Below, one piece after another: positions 45,709 to 55,461 of a stretch of 64,000 bases of DNA. Origin of the DNA: a virus (lineage: Duplodnaviria > Caudoviricetes); IMG/VR virus record IMGVR_UViG_3300046786_000888, positions 1 through 64,000 of that record; one strand, written 5' to 3'. Both the position numbers and the translations under genes were made by a program. The notes under the pieces are model-generated. The model was given only the letters and a program-made list of their open reading frames with translations, did no database searches and was not told the origin of the DNA. Positions within the stretch are counted from its first letter, which is position 1, and each line of letters starts with the position of its first letter.

Positions 45709-45939
45709 CTAGGACTTTTTGCTTTTTTCGTATTCTTCGCGAGTTTGCCAATCCTCCTTGGACCAACGACTGAGCTTGTTCTCGCTAGATTTCTTACCTT
45801 CGTACCTTCCGCCCGCCTCTTTGTAGTATTTAACAGCAAGCTGCATTGCTCTGGCCGAATGACCACCTAAGCGCTTACGGGCTTTAGCTTTTGCCGCCGC
45901 CCATTTTTTCGGGTCTCTTTTTACAGCGGTTTCAGACAC
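45709..45939 (-). CDS. DUF5872-like N-terminal half
   Basis: HSARAMQLAVKYYKEAGGRY...LSRWSKEDWQT. Confidence 0.55.
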   Translation of the reverse strand: MSETAVKRDPKKWAAAKAKARKRLGGHSARAMQLAVKYYKEAGGRYEGKKSSENKLSRWSKEDWQTREEYEKSKKS

Positions 45940-46255
45940 TGGCTACAGGGGTTCCATTACCCGGCGAAACAGGAATACCGGTACGCGGCCCGCGCTTGGC
46001 GGCGGCCTTTCGAAGCATTTCCGCTTTTATTTCTTCCGTGGGATCTTGAAAAGGAGCAAACTCATCTTCGTAAGTACCGTAGGGACCGTACTGAGGAGGA
46101 ATAGGAGCGTTCGGAGCCTCCTCACTTACTTGATTTTCATAATCATCACTGCGCATGGCCGCACGTTGCGCCGTTCGCTGACGACGAGACGCTAACTCCT
46201 GGGCATTAAATGCCTTAGTAAAGAAGTCGCCGGCTTCGAGAAACGGGTCTGCCAT
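45932..46255 (-). CDS. Hypothetical protein
   Basis: Coupled 107-aa ORF. Confidence 0.55.
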   Translation of the reverse strand: MADPFLEAGDFFTKAFNAQELASRRQRTAQRAAMRSDDYENQVSEEAPNAPIPPQYGPYGTYEDEFAPFQDPTEEIKAEMLRKAAAKRGPRTGIPVSPGNGTPVASV

Positions 46256-46267
46256 TGTTATAGTCTA

Positions 46268-46465
46268 TTACATGCTGCCGATTTGTTGCGCTACGAGGGC
46301 TTTGGCTATTAAGTCCGATTTCAAAGCCGACATGAAATCGGAAGACGCCGCACCTCTTTTCTGAAGAGAGCTTAATATGTCGTCGGCGTCTAGACCAGCA
46401 CGCTGACGAAAACTAGAAGCGCCGCTTCCTAAATATTGCAGTAAAGCCGAGTAAGTATCGTCCAT
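46268..46465 (-). CDS. Hypothetical protein
   Basis: 65-aa ORF in the operon. Confidence 0.5.
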   Translation of the reverse strand: MDDTYSALLQYLGSGASSFRQRAGLDADDILSSLQKRGAASSDFMSALKSDLIAKALVAQQIGSM

Positions 46466-46467
46466 GC

Positions 46468-46755
46468 TTAATAGAGAATGAAGGCGTGCTCCACGGTGCT
46501 GATACCGCTTACATGTGTCACAGAAATAGGCAACAAAACGTCTGTTCTGATGTGATCAAAAGTTAAAGGAGTTCCTGGAGAGTCCGCCAAGATAACGCAA
46601 AGAGAGTGATCAACGCTTTTGTTCTTGGACTCTACAAAAACACCTCGACAAGCGGGAAAAGTGGTATCTGTACCAGAAGCGTTTACTCTAAAACCGCTTG
46701 CGTAAGGCAAAGAAGCCGATTGTCCGTAGACAGACCCAAAGGCGCGGACATCCAT
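46468..46755 (-). CDS. Small beta-rich, probably structural protein
   Basis: FPACRGVFV...LLPISVTHV. Confidence 0.5.
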   Translation of the reverse strand: MDVRAFGSVYGQSASLPYASGFRVNASGTDTTFPACRGVFVESKNKSVDHSLCVILADSPGTPLTFDHIRTDVLLPISVTHVSGISTVEHAFILY

Positions 46756-46758
46756 GCT

Positions 46759-46986
46759 TTAACTGTGATCTACATTCGATTCTAACTCACCAATCAAGCA
46801 CTGAAGGTACCAGGCCGCTTTTTTAAGGTCCTCCACGCCGTTTTTAAACTTGTATCGCCAAACATATTTAGCGATATTACCGTGACAGTAGTCCCGAAAC
46901 CCTTCGGGGCCTAGTTGAGCCTTCAAAGCGTCGATGCACTCGATAGTACCCGACGTATAGTGCGAAGGATGATTGACGTTGTCCAT
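46759..46986 (-). CDS. DUF3310 (SaV/gp1.7-like) protein
   Basis: VNHPSHYTSGTIECID...GNIAKYVWRY..KNGVEDLKKAAWYL. Confidence 0.9.
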   Translation of the reverse strand: MDNVNHPSHYTSGTIECIDALKAQLGPEGFRDYCHGNIAKYVWRYKFKNGVEDLKKAAWYLQCLIGELESNVDHS

Positions 46987-46992
46987 AAAAAT

Positions 46993-47874
46993 TCAGATCT
47001 GAAGCATTGTATCGCAAGTTATGAGCTCTGCCTGTTTCTGAGCAAGCTCTGTCGAGTATTTAGTGTCATCATGTGCCAATAAACAGCACGGATGAGGCTT
47101 ATAAACGCCATTTTCTTCAATAACCGGGATGCACCGCCGATGTTCGTGCCCAGCAGGGACGTTTTCGAACGCCAGACCCATAGAACTACGATCCGCTAAG
47201 GGCCAATTTCTAAAATCGACGATTTTTACGCTTTTTGCGGGATCCATACTGTCACTTTTAACGTATTTAACCGCATCCGTGTTATCCAGTATCATTGCGG
47301 CGTAATAGGGACTTGCTATCTGAGCAAAAAACTTGATTTCGTGATCAACCACGAGGGTTTTTTGTACATCAAAACCTCGATCAGACCAGACATTCGGTGT
47401 GCGTCTAGTTAAAAGGTACCGATAATGATTATCAAACGGTATCTTCTGCCCTTTAAAGGTTTCATAGCGAATAAAACCTGGCTCAAGCCCGTGCGCAGCC
47501 AATCTAGGCTTCCAACGCAACCAGTATTTAAAGTGATTCCAAGTTATAAGCATGTCATTTTCTTGATATATGTAATAATCGTACTTGTAGTTCATACAAG
47601 CGTGCACTAAATCGTGTTTATGCGCCCAGGTCAGTCCCCATCCGGCATATTCGGGGCCTGCGACAACTATGTTTAGCTCTAACAGACCATGAAAAGGTCG
47701 CAAAAGTTGCGCTAGTTTATCAACGTCACTCTGCGCCTCGTAATTTACATATATAAACACAGAAACTTTAAGCTCAAACTCTGTATAAAGCTTCAAAACT
47801 TTCAGCAACTTTTCAATCCGAGCCAAAGGATCGTAAGCCGCAATAGCAACCCACAGTGTTTTACCAAAAACCAT
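46993..47874 (-). CDS. Putative glycosyltransferase (GT-A-like)
   Basis: WAHK...YDYYIYQENDMLIT resembles a DxD-region strand; neighbours are glyco-genes. Confidence 0.4.
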   Translation of the reverse strand: MVFGKTLWVAIAAYDPLARIEKLLKVLKLYTEFELKVSVFIYVNYEAQSDVDKLAQLLRPFHGLLELNIVVAGPEYAGWGLTWAHKHDLVHACMNYKYDYYIYQENDMLITWNHFKYWLRWKPRLAAHGLEPGFIRYETFKGQKIPFDNHYRYLLTRRTPNVWSDRGFDVQKTLVVDHEIKFFAQIASPYYAAMILDNTDAVKYVKSDSMDPAKSVKIVDFRNWPLADRSSMGLAFENVPAGHEHRRCIPVIEENGVYKPHPCCLLAHDDTKYSTELAQKQAELITCDTMLQI

Positions 47875-47875
47875 G

Positions 47876-49399
47876 TCAATACTCGACAGAAAAACTACCT
47901 CTACGCTGAAGAAAAGTTATTAACCAAGTGTACGCATCTAGCAAGTCGTCATGAGCGGTAGCACCTACGTTAATCAGCTGGTCGAACAACGCATCGAACT
48001 TGCGATATTTGTTAAAAACTACTTTTTGATTTTCTAAAAGACCCAGCGTGCCTCGGAAACGAGCGATTTTGTCGCCCCTAAAGCCTTTGACCTCGTGGAT
48101 ATGTAGATTGCTTAGCCCTCTTTCGTTCAAAAGAACGCGCCGGAGGTCCGCAGCGAGGCTTGCTTGATACGCCACGGATTCAACAACGAGCGTCACCGTG
48201 GAATATGTCGGCTGATACTCCCCGTTGTACTTAGTTAAGATACCCCACTCAAGCAGCATGTCGCACAGCAGATCTATTTTTTCAAGATTTCCTATAGAAC
48301 GACACTGGTGTGCGTCTACGATGTAGTACTTATCCTTTAAGCGGCCTCCCAGGACAAACGCTGTGTAGTCAGACGTCTCGTTTTTACTGGCCGAAAGATC
48401 GATTCCGAGCGCCAAGCTGTCGAATTCGGTTGCCACGTCCCCCTTAATCAGCAGATCCGGGGAAACAACCAGATCACTTGTAGCTACGGGCTGTTGTTGA
48501 TACTGAAAACAAAACGCAACCGGGTCGAGTTCTTTCTGTTGTAACAGATAATCAACAGACCATTGAGTCTGCCAGTAACTCTTGGGTTGGCCTTTGTCGT
48601 CGTATGTCAGCGCTTCCTGCATAACCTGCTTCCACCCTTTTTCGGGCACAAACATCGTCTTGTGGATATCCAACGGATGGAATCGAGTGCCCAGACAAAT
48701 AGATCTACCGCCTTCGAACACAATGGGAGCGATAACGCTACTCCAGTTATTATTCATCTCCTCCCGAATCGTCGGGTTTTTAATGTCCGCCGAGCTTTTT
48801 ATAGGGTCATCGATCAGCACCAGATGAGCACGCTTAGACGTGATACTGCCTCGCAGACCCGCAGCCCTTAGCGTAAATTCTTCGTCACCTAACCGAGGGA
48901 TATTTGCGTAGTCGTAGTCAATAGACCAACCTATATCGGACTGCATCCCCGGTTTGAGCCGACAGGTGGGAAAGATCTTGCGGAACTCCGAGGAGTCGAC
49001 AATTTGCCGAATAATCCGGGACTTCGGAATAGCGGTAGCGATGTTGTAACTGACATAAATAATCTGTAGGGGTCTCCTGGCGGCTGTATGCCGACCGATG
49101 CACCACGCGGTAAACATGTTGAGCACCGTGGACTTCGCGGAACCTCGGGGCGCCAAGATGTCAAGATTAGGCCCAGCTATGTCCAGAAGATACTTATTAC
49201 TTTCGTTAGTTACTAAGTGCTCATGCCATTCGAGCATGTGCGGCGCAGGAGGTTTATCTAAGAGAGTACAGAAAGTATGAAAGTCGTTGGAGGCTTTAGT
49301 GTAGATAGTTTCTATTACATTGTTATCCCCGGCTTCGACTGCCTTTAAAGCCCGTAGTTGAGCTCCCCGGCGATACGCAAAAGTCTCTCTACTCGGCAT
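47876..49399 (-). CDS. terL: Terminase large subunit
   Basis: LAPRGSAKST; GSITSKRAHLVLIDDPIK; ICLGTRFHPLD; GIDLS...DYTA; HDDLLDA. Confidence 0.92.
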   Translation of the reverse strand: MPSRETFAYRRGAQLRALKAVEAGDNNVIETIYTKASNDFHTFCTLLDKPPAPHMLEWHEHLVTNESNKYLLDIAGPNLDILAPRGSAKSTVLNMFTAWCIGRHTAARRPLQIIYVSYNIATAIPKSRIIRQIVDSSEFRKIFPTCRLKPGMQSDIGWSIDYDYANIPRLGDEEFTLRAAGLRGSITSKRAHLVLIDDPIKSSADIKNPTIREEMNNNWSSVIAPIVFEGGRSICLGTRFHPLDIHKTMFVPEKGWKQVMQEALTYDDKGQPKSYWQTQWSVDYLLQQKELDPVAFCFQYQQQPVATSDLVVSPDLLIKGDVATEFDSLALGIDLSASKNETSDYTAFVLGGRLKDKYYIVDAHQCRSIGNLEKIDLLCDMLLEWGILTKYNGEYQPTYSTVTLVVESVAYQASLAADLRRVLLNERGLSNLHIHEVKGFRGDKIARFRGTLGLLENQKVVFNKYRKFDALFDQLINVGATAHDDLLDAYTWLITFLQRRGSFSVEY

Positions 49400-49453
49400 G
49401 TTGATAAACTGACAGCGCTGTTATAGTGATTGTACTCGATTCGCCGCGTTTGC

Positions 49454-50626
49454 ATGTCGAAAATCCTTTGGTATGGTGATGCCTGTAGTAACACAGGCTT
49501 TGCGAGAGTAACACACAGCGTATTAGACGTTCTTAAAAACGAACACGAAGTCGTGGTGATGGGAATCAACCACACGGGTGATCCTCACGATAAACCGTAT
49601 AAGGTATATCCGGCTTGTCCTGGGGGCTCAGGCGATCGATTCGGTATCGGCAGGATTCCAGAGATCATCGAAAAGGAAAAGCCGGACGTCGTGATCTGTC
49701 TTAACGACATTTGGGTCGTGAACCAATTCTGGGAGCGCTGTCAGTTCCTAAAAAATCAGATTGGTTTTAAGTTTATTGCTTACTTCCCGGTAGACAGCGA
49801 AAGCTATTTCCCGGACATGCTGCGGCACATAAAACACTGGGATCTAGCAGTAACTTTTACCGTACCGTCTGCTGAGCGCGTCATGAAGTATGGGGCCGAT
49901 GCGCCTCGACTTGCTGTGCTTCCCCACGGTGTCGATACAGGCCGCTTCTATCCGATCGACAAAGCTGAGGCCCGAAAACGAATCGGAATCCCCGAAGATA
50001 AATTCGTGGTGCTCAATGCAAACAGAAACCAACCTCGTAAGCGCATCGATTTAACGATCAAGACCTTTGCCGAGTTTGCAGTGAACAAACCCGACACCAT
50101 GCTGTACCTACACATGGGTACCAAAGACATGGGTTGGGACATCCTGCCGCTCTTTAAACACGAGATGCAGCGCCGTGGCCTAGACGACGCCAATCGCCTG
50201 ATTCTGACTTCGGCGAATATCAACTACCTGAGCGCACCTCCGGACGAACTGCTAAATACGATTTATAACGCCTGTGATGTTGGCATCAATACATCCGACG
50301 GGGAAGGCTGGGGTCTCGTCAGCTTCGAACACGCAAGCTGCCAAAAACCTCAGGTGGTCCCCAAACACACCGCGTGTCAGGATATCTGGGAAGGTGCGGC
50401 CGAACTTATCCCCATTTCCACATGGGTTGTGGATAAAGACTTAGGAGTTGAGCGAGGTCTCATCGACATAACGCAAGCTGCTCGCATTTTGGACGATTTA
50501 TATTTTGCTGCGGATGTCTACAACGAAGTTGCCGAAGCGTGTTACGCCGTTACACAAAAGCCCGAATATCGCTGGGAATCGATAGCCGCAGGCTTTAGCG
50601 CAGCCATTAAAGATCTGGGAGTTTGA
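49454..50626 (+). CDS. Glycosyltransferase family 4-like (GT-B)
   Basis: TGFARV; PHGVD; NANRNQPRKRID; NTSDGEGWGLVSFEHASC. Confidence 0.88.
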   Translation: MSKILWYGDACSNTGFARVTHSVLDVLKNEHEVVVMGINHTGDPHDKPYKVYPACPGGSGDRFGIGRIPEIIEKEKPDVVICLNDIWVVNQFWERCQFLKNQIGFKFIAYFPVDSESYFPDMLRHIKHWDLAVTFTVPSAERVMKYGADAPRLAVLPHGVDTGRFYPIDKAEARKRIGIPEDKFVVLNANRNQPRKRIDLTIKTFAEFAVNKPDTMLYLHMGTKDMGWDILPLFKHEMQRRGLDDANRLILTSANINYLSAPPDELLNTIYNACDVGINTSDGEGWGLVSFEHASCQKPQVVPKHTACQDIWEGAAELIPISTWVVDKDLGVERGLIDITQAARILDDLYFAADVYNEVAEACYAVTQKPEYRWESIAAGFSAAIKDLGV

Positions 50627-50628
50627 TC

Positions 50629-51711
50629 ATGCAATCACAAACTCGTTATTATCACCTCTACAGTGACGTAATTCATCCGACAAAATCAACGGATGACGGA
50701 GTTCCGACTGTTTACGAACAAGCTGAAAACCTAGGAGGTAAATTTACCAGGATCGTAAAAGGGCTTCCAAAAGACCACGTCGCTAACTTCAGCCCCTCGA
50801 TCGTCCGCTTCAACGGATCGCTTTACATCGCGTGGCGATCTCAGCCTGAGGCATTCGGCTTCCGATATGACAACAAGTACTTCTATCTGAACGGGCAACC
50901 TAATGAAATTTACTTTGGGATGCTCGGGTCAGATGATGCCTCGGTCATAGGTACTAAGAAACTTCGTCCCAAAAAACATCGTCTTAGTTACGAGGACCCG
51001 CGTCTTTTTATCGGACCTGACGACAATCTGTATGTACAGTTCGTAGCTTCGACTTACGCCAGTAAGTTCGATTCGAACCCAAATAAGTTGTTCTCGCAGC
51101 CTAAAGTCATCGTCTGCTGGATCAATGACAAATTCGACGCAGTCAGTGCAGCCATCCCTCCGATTGGAAAAAATCGAGTCGTGGGCGCACCTGAAAAAAA
51201 CTGGGCGTTCTTTAGTGCGAACAACGAACTGAATTGCCTCTACTCAACACGACCTCTAGTTGTCGAGCGAGAATCGGGCACACCCATCGAACTCGACACA
51301 AAGGCTTTAGATAAAGCGGCACAAGGTTGCCCAACTTTTAATTCCACGGCGCCTATCGACCTCGGCTATTGCTACTTAGTGTTTTATCACTGGAAGCACA
51401 TGACGTGCACTCCAGACGGTAAGCCCTATCTGATTTACCACGTCGGGGCTTATCTAGTAAACAAAGACTTCACTCAGCTGACCTACATGACCGAGGAGCC
51501 CTTGTTTACGGGTTCCTTGAACGACAGAGTCATCGAGTGGACAGACACTTTCGGCAATCCGGTGTCTAACCAGCCGGCGGTGATCTTGCCGTTCGGAGCC
51601 TTTATGGAAGGCGACGAGCTTGTAATGTCTCTGGGAGTCAACGACGCCTTTATGGGAATCTTTAGGACCAAGTTAGAAAATATTATGCGCCGAATGAAGA
51701 AGGTCGATTAA
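50629..51711 (+). CDS. GH130-like five-bladed beta-propeller glycosidase/phosphorylase
   Basis: NFSPSIV; YEDPRLF; EKNWAFF; VILPFG...SLGVND. Confidence 0.65.
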   Translation: MQSQTRYYHLYSDVIHPTKSTDDGVPTVYEQAENLGGKFTRIVKGLPKDHVANFSPSIVRFNGSLYIAWRSQPEAFGFRYDNKYFYLNGQPNEIYFGMLGSDDASVIGTKKLRPKKHRLSYEDPRLFIGPDDNLYVQFVASTYASKFDSNPNKLFSQPKVIVCWINDKFDAVSAAIPPIGKNRVVGAPEKNWAFFSANNELNCLYSTRPLVVERESGTPIELDTKALDKAAQGCPTFNSTAPIDLGYCYLVFYHWKHMTCTPDGKPYLIYHVGAYLVNKDFTQLTYMTEEPLFTGSLNDRVIEWTDTFGNPVSNQPAVILPFGAFMEGDELVMSLGVNDAFMGIFRTKLENIMRRMKKVD

Positions 51712-52238
51712 GCTCGTTCTTCGTTTTCAATCGTAGTCCAAACTAAGACGGCAGCCTCATCAACTAATTGTTGAAGACCAGGCTGCCCGTCGAGGGTGTT
51801 GATCAACTCACGAATTGTGCGATCGGCGCCGGCGAGGATAAGACCACGGCGATCTAAACCATCTGAAATAGCTCGTACAGCTTGAATATGGCTACGCAAT
51901 TCTTTTTGAATAGCTGAGATCTTCGTCGCAGCGGATGCGGGGTCGAGCATTTGGTTGCTGACCATGTCCCGTACATTTCGGATGTCAATTTGTAAGTCAT
52001 CAATTTCACGAAGTAATACTTTGCGAAGATCTTCTTTCGGAAACTTCTCCTGAATCCAAGCGGTTAAATCAGCGATGCTGCCTGTATAGCCAGGACGTAA
52101 GAACCTGGCATACAGATACGCCTCAATGTCGCTGGTGGTGTTCTTGGCGTAGTGGATAAATGCGCCTTTGTTTGATGCGTCAAGCGAAGCTAACCACGCG
52201 GCAACCGTGGTCGAATCACCTATTGCGGATTTGATCAT
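51708..52238 (-). CDS. Helical hypothetical protein (possible terminase small subunit)
   Basis: Helical and near terL; no diagnostic motif. Confidence 0.35.
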   Translation of the reverse strand: MIKSAIGDSTTVAAWLASLDASNKGAFIHYAKNTTSDIEAYLYARFLRPGYTGSIADLTAWIQEKFPKEDLRKVLLREIDDLQIDIRNVRDMVSNQMLDPASAATKISAIQKELRSHIQAVRAISDGLDRRGLILAGADRTIRELINTLDGQPGLQQLVDEAAVLVWTTIENEERA

Positions 52239-52927
52239 GCGAAACCGCCGGCACCGAGAGCAGCACCGCGAGCTTCGCGACGCAATGCCAGCTCTTTTTC
52301 ACCTTGGCCTTTGAGCAGTGCCAGGTTCTTACCAATATCTAGGTTGGCTTGTGTCTGAGCGAGAACCTGCGCGTTCCGAGTATTCGCAGCGTTGGTACCT
52401 ACGTCAGTGATACCTTTAGCTAGGTTGGTGTACTGAAGACCTAGGACGTCAGCGCCTTTTTTGGCCAGATCAGCCTGAGTCTCACCGCCCAAAAGTTCCA
52501 TAGCAGTGCGACCCTTAGCCGCCATTTCCTGCTGCCCGATTGCTGCCCCCGCTAACTGAGAAGCAATACCGGTCTGAAGCCCCGCCATCTGAGACTCTTT
52601 AGAACGAGCCCCAGTAAACATGTCGTAAACAGACTGACCGATGAGATTAGTCTGTGCAGCTTCGGCTCCTAAATAAGGAGCCATGTTTGCCATAAGTTCT
52701 TGACCGGCATAGGTCAATCGAGTATTGATCGGAGCTAACTGGGCGTACAGGGCGCTGTAATCGGCAGGTTGAGAAGAGCCGCCACCGCCAAAAATACTGC
52801 CAAATGCGGAACCAAGACCGCCGGCCAGCATTCCAATGCCGCCGAGAGTAGAACCTAAACCGCCAGCTGCGGCTCCGGTTCCAGCAGCTGCGTTGATTGC
52901 CCCGAGGGCCAAAGGTGCCATTGCCAT
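52235..52927 (-). CDS. Ala/Gly/Gln-rich ejection/pilot-like protein
   Basis: Gly-rich hydrophobic N-terminus followed by Q/A helices. Confidence 0.55.
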   Translation of the reverse strand: MAMAPLALGAINAAAGTGAAAGGLGSTLGGIGMLAGGLGSAFGSIFGGGGSSQPADYSALYAQLAPINTRLTYAGQELMANMAPYLGAEAAQTNLIGQSVYDMFTGARSKESQMAGLQTGIASQLAGAAIGQQEMAAKGRTAMELLGGETQADLAKKGADVLGLQYTNLAKGITDVGTNAANTRNAQVLAQTQANLDIGKNLALLKGQGEKELALRREARGAALGAGGFA

Positions 52928-52931
52928 TGGA

Positions 52932-53717
52932 TTAGCCCTTCCTTACACCGATGTTACTGAAAGGCTGCATAGCAGCCGAAAGCGTGGAACTTAACGCAGA
53001 AGCATTAGGCGGTGCGAACGCTGCAACAGTAGCTGCACCGAGACCGGCGGCCATAGCAGCATTGGCGTTATACATCGCAATCTGCCGCTCTTTCCACGCG
53101 TCGATGTTGGCCTTTTCGATGTCGCGTGCATACCGAGCCCGCTCACCTTGGCGAGTCAGCTCGGAAGTCAAAAGTTGAGACTTCAGAAGATTCTGAAGCC
53201 GCATCTCTTCAACTTGACGAAGTCGCTCGGGATCACCAAGCTCCTTCAAATAAGTAACAAGATCTTCGACAGTTTTATCTTGCTGTTGAGGAATCGTAGT
53301 TCCTGAATACGGAGCCGTGGTAGGAGGCAACGTAGTAGAAGGAGGAGGCGGAAGAGTAGGTGCCGGAGGTGCAGTTCCGGGAGTTACAGTTCCAGCATCC
53401 GCCGCGGCTGTTTCAAAAGGGCGCTGTTTAGGAGGCTTAGCCGCAGGGCGTCCTTTATCAGGATCAAAGCCCTCCATGTAGGAAGCTTTGGCGTAGATAT
53501 CTGCCGGTGTCTGTGAGCCGGTCATCCGCTCAAAAGCCTGCGGATCCTGAACCATACGACCAAAACTTTCGGGGCTCTGCCAACCCATCGCAGGGCCAGC
53601 CCAAAGAACGGGCCTGCCGTCAAGAATTGCTAGTTCGCCGCCGCCGCGCATCCAACCTGCGGGATCGAGCAGAGCTGCAGCGTATTCAAAAGGGCCGCGA
53701 GCGTTGATGTTTGTCAT
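52932..53717 (-). CDS. Pro/Ala-rich ejection-like protein
   Basis: ATG at 53717; PPAPTLPPPPS linker; hydrophobic C-terminus. Confidence 0.5.
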   Translation of the reverse strand: MTNINARGPFEYAAALLDPAGWMRGGGELAILDGRPVLWAGPAMGWQSPESFGRMVQDPQAFERMTGSQTPADIYAKASYMEGFDPDKGRPAAKPPKQRPFETAAADAGTVTPGTAPPAPTLPPPPSTTLPPTTAPYSGTTIPQQQDKTVEDLVTYLKELGDPERLRQVEEMRLQNLLKSQLLTSELTRQGERARYARDIEKANIDAWKERQIAMYNANAAMAAGLGAATVAAFAPPNASALSSTLSAAMQPFSNIGVRKG

Positions 53718-53718
53718 G

Positions 53719-54420
53719 TCAGGGCACCTGGGTGGCGAGTTGCTGCAGCACAGAACTCTGAGCAAGGTTCTGCGGAGCAGTCAGATTTTGAATAGCTGTA
53801 TTTAGAAGCCCTTGCGCTGTCGAATAGCCGGACTGAACTCGTTGCCGCTGGATATCACCAAGCGTAGAAAGTTCTTGTCGCTTAATGCCGCCACCGACTT
53901 CTAACTCAGCCCGCTTCAGGTCGGCGCCCAGTTCCATCTGCCGGATAGCAGCGCTGATCTGCCCCTCCAGAGCTTTTAAAGCACGTTCACGAGCACCGAG
54001 CTCCTCAAGTTCAGCGCTGCGTCCGGCCCGAATTTGACCGTAAACATCCTCGGCCGACGGACCAGCGTCAAGGCCAAAGAACCGACCAAAACGTTGACGG
54101 GCTCGTTCCTGTTCGATCAGCCGAGGAATCAGGTCCTCGCTAAGAATGGCCTTAGAGCCGGGGGCGTCAGAAGTCTCAGGAAGCTTGCCGCGAAACGCAG
54201 CAACGAGATCCGGAAGTGACGCACCTACCGCCGAACTTAACAAAGGTGCGATGATATTCTGCCGGTTAAATCCAGGAGGAGTAGCACTAGCAGATAAGTC
54301 TGGTCCTGCAGTTTGAGATTGTAAAACACTCTGAATAACAGCAGGAGCCACGCCGGCAGCGGTCAGCTGCGTGACTAACTGAACTAACCCACCTGCGGCG
54401 GGTGCGGCTGCAGCGACCAT
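53719..54420 (-). CDS. Ala/Gln-rich ejection-like protein
   Basis: Composition and operon context. Confidence 0.5.
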   Translation of the reverse strand: MVAAAAPAAGGLVQLVTQLTAAGVAPAVIQSVLQSQTAGPDLSASATPPGFNRQNIIAPLLSSAVGASLPDLVAAFRGKLPETSDAPGSKAILSEDLIPRLIEQERARQRFGRFFGLDAGPSAEDVYGQIRAGRSAELEELGARERALKALEGQISAAIRQMELGADLKRAELEVGGGIKRQELSTLGDIQRQRVQSGYSTAQGLLNTAIQNLTAPQNLAQSSVLQQLATQVP

Positions 54421-54423
54421 TAG

Positions 54424-54660
54424 TTACTGACCTCCCGGATTGTCATATTGAGTGCCCGAAAGAGCCATTTTCTTATTTGATTTTACTTGATCTTCTGGGT
54501 TATTAGTAGCAACCAAATTCTGCTTTTGTTCCGGCGAAGGTAGCGCAGCTGTTTGGGGGAATGTAGAAGCCATATACATTTTTAAAAACGCACCGGGATC
54601 TAATGCCGGTGCGTCGCGGCGAACATCCCGTTCCCTAAGTTGTTGTTCGCGTAAGTTCAT
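54424..54660 (-). CDS. Hypothetical protein
   Basis: Coupled 78-aa ORF. Confidence 0.5.
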   Translation of the reverse strand: MNLREQQLRERDVRRDAPALDPGAFLKMYMASTFPQTAALPSPEQKQNLVATNNPEDQVKSNKKMALSGTQYDNPGGQ

Positions 54661-55163
54661 CAGCCGAGGTTCTGGAATGCCACGCTGGGCGGAATATTGT
54701 TCGAAGCAGGTGCGTTCAGCATCGAATACTGCCCGCCGTAATTAGGCAGATCAAATTCGGCAGGACGCTGACGACTTAGATACTCGGCACCCTCGTCGCC
54801 CTGTTGGGTCAGATTTTGGATGTACGAGAGGAACACGTCGATCAACGACGGATCTTGCAGAATCGCCGAAACGAGTTCCTCGATTTCTTCTGCGGCGGCT
54901 TCATCGTTGACGCCAGCCTGGAGACGTCGCTCCAGTTGCACTTTCATCTCAGGCTGAGACGTGTCTGGATACGCATTCAGCGACCGAGTCGGCTGCGTCA
55001 TCATGCCGTTGCCTTCCATGCCGGGCATCGGAGGCGCAGCACGGTAGTAGTTCTTGAGCACCGTAGCGACCATAGGAGTCGCAGCAGCACGTTCAGCCGG
55101 GGTCCGAGGGACAGGTAAACCCAGGACGCGAGCCGCTAATTCGTAATCGGAGTCAGAGAACAT
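54660..55163 (-). CDS. Hypothetical protein
   Basis: 167-aa ORF, TAATG-coupled to the next gene. Confidence 0.55.
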   Translation of the reverse strand: MFSDSDYELAARVLGLPVPRTPAERAAATPMVATVLKNYYRAAPPMPGMEGNGMMTQPTRSLNAYPDTSQPEMKVQLERRLQAGVNDEAAAEEIEELVSAILQDPSLIDVFLSYIQNLTQQGDEGAEYLSRQRPAEFDLPNYGGQYSMLNAPASNNIPPSVAFQNLG

Positions 55164-55426
55164 GAACTAACGGCTACGTCTTCTAGTTCCATTTTAGTAC
55201 GAAGCTTCAAGATTTCGCCGGGTTGCACCTCCAGTACGATGCAGATTTTCTCCAGCACTTCTGGACTCGGAATGTAAAACTCGTCCGAACAGATGTTGCG
55301 CGTCGTTGTCGGCGATAGGTCAGCTAACTTGCTGAGCCGGAAAGACGAAATCCCACGCTCAATCAGGATTTCGTCTAATCGGTTAATTAAGCGTCGTTCT
55401 GACGGACGAGAACTGTAGAAGGGCAC
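55136..55426 (-). CDS. XRE/Cro-C1-type HTH regulator
   Basis: LDEILIERGISSFRLSKLADLSPTT...LEKICIVLEVQPGEIL. Confidence 0.85.
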   Translation of the reverse strand: MPFYSSRPSERRLINRLDEILIERGISSFRLSKLADLSPTTTRNICSDEFYIPSPEVLEKICIVLEVQPGEILKLRTKMELEDVAVSSCSLTPITN

Positions 55427-55461
55427 AGCCGTTATTTAATTAATAGCTGTATCCTATCAAG

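Noticed and set aside
47876-49399. Intein in TerL or the primase-helicase
   Set aside because: Motif spacing is normal and no splice-junction blocks were seen.
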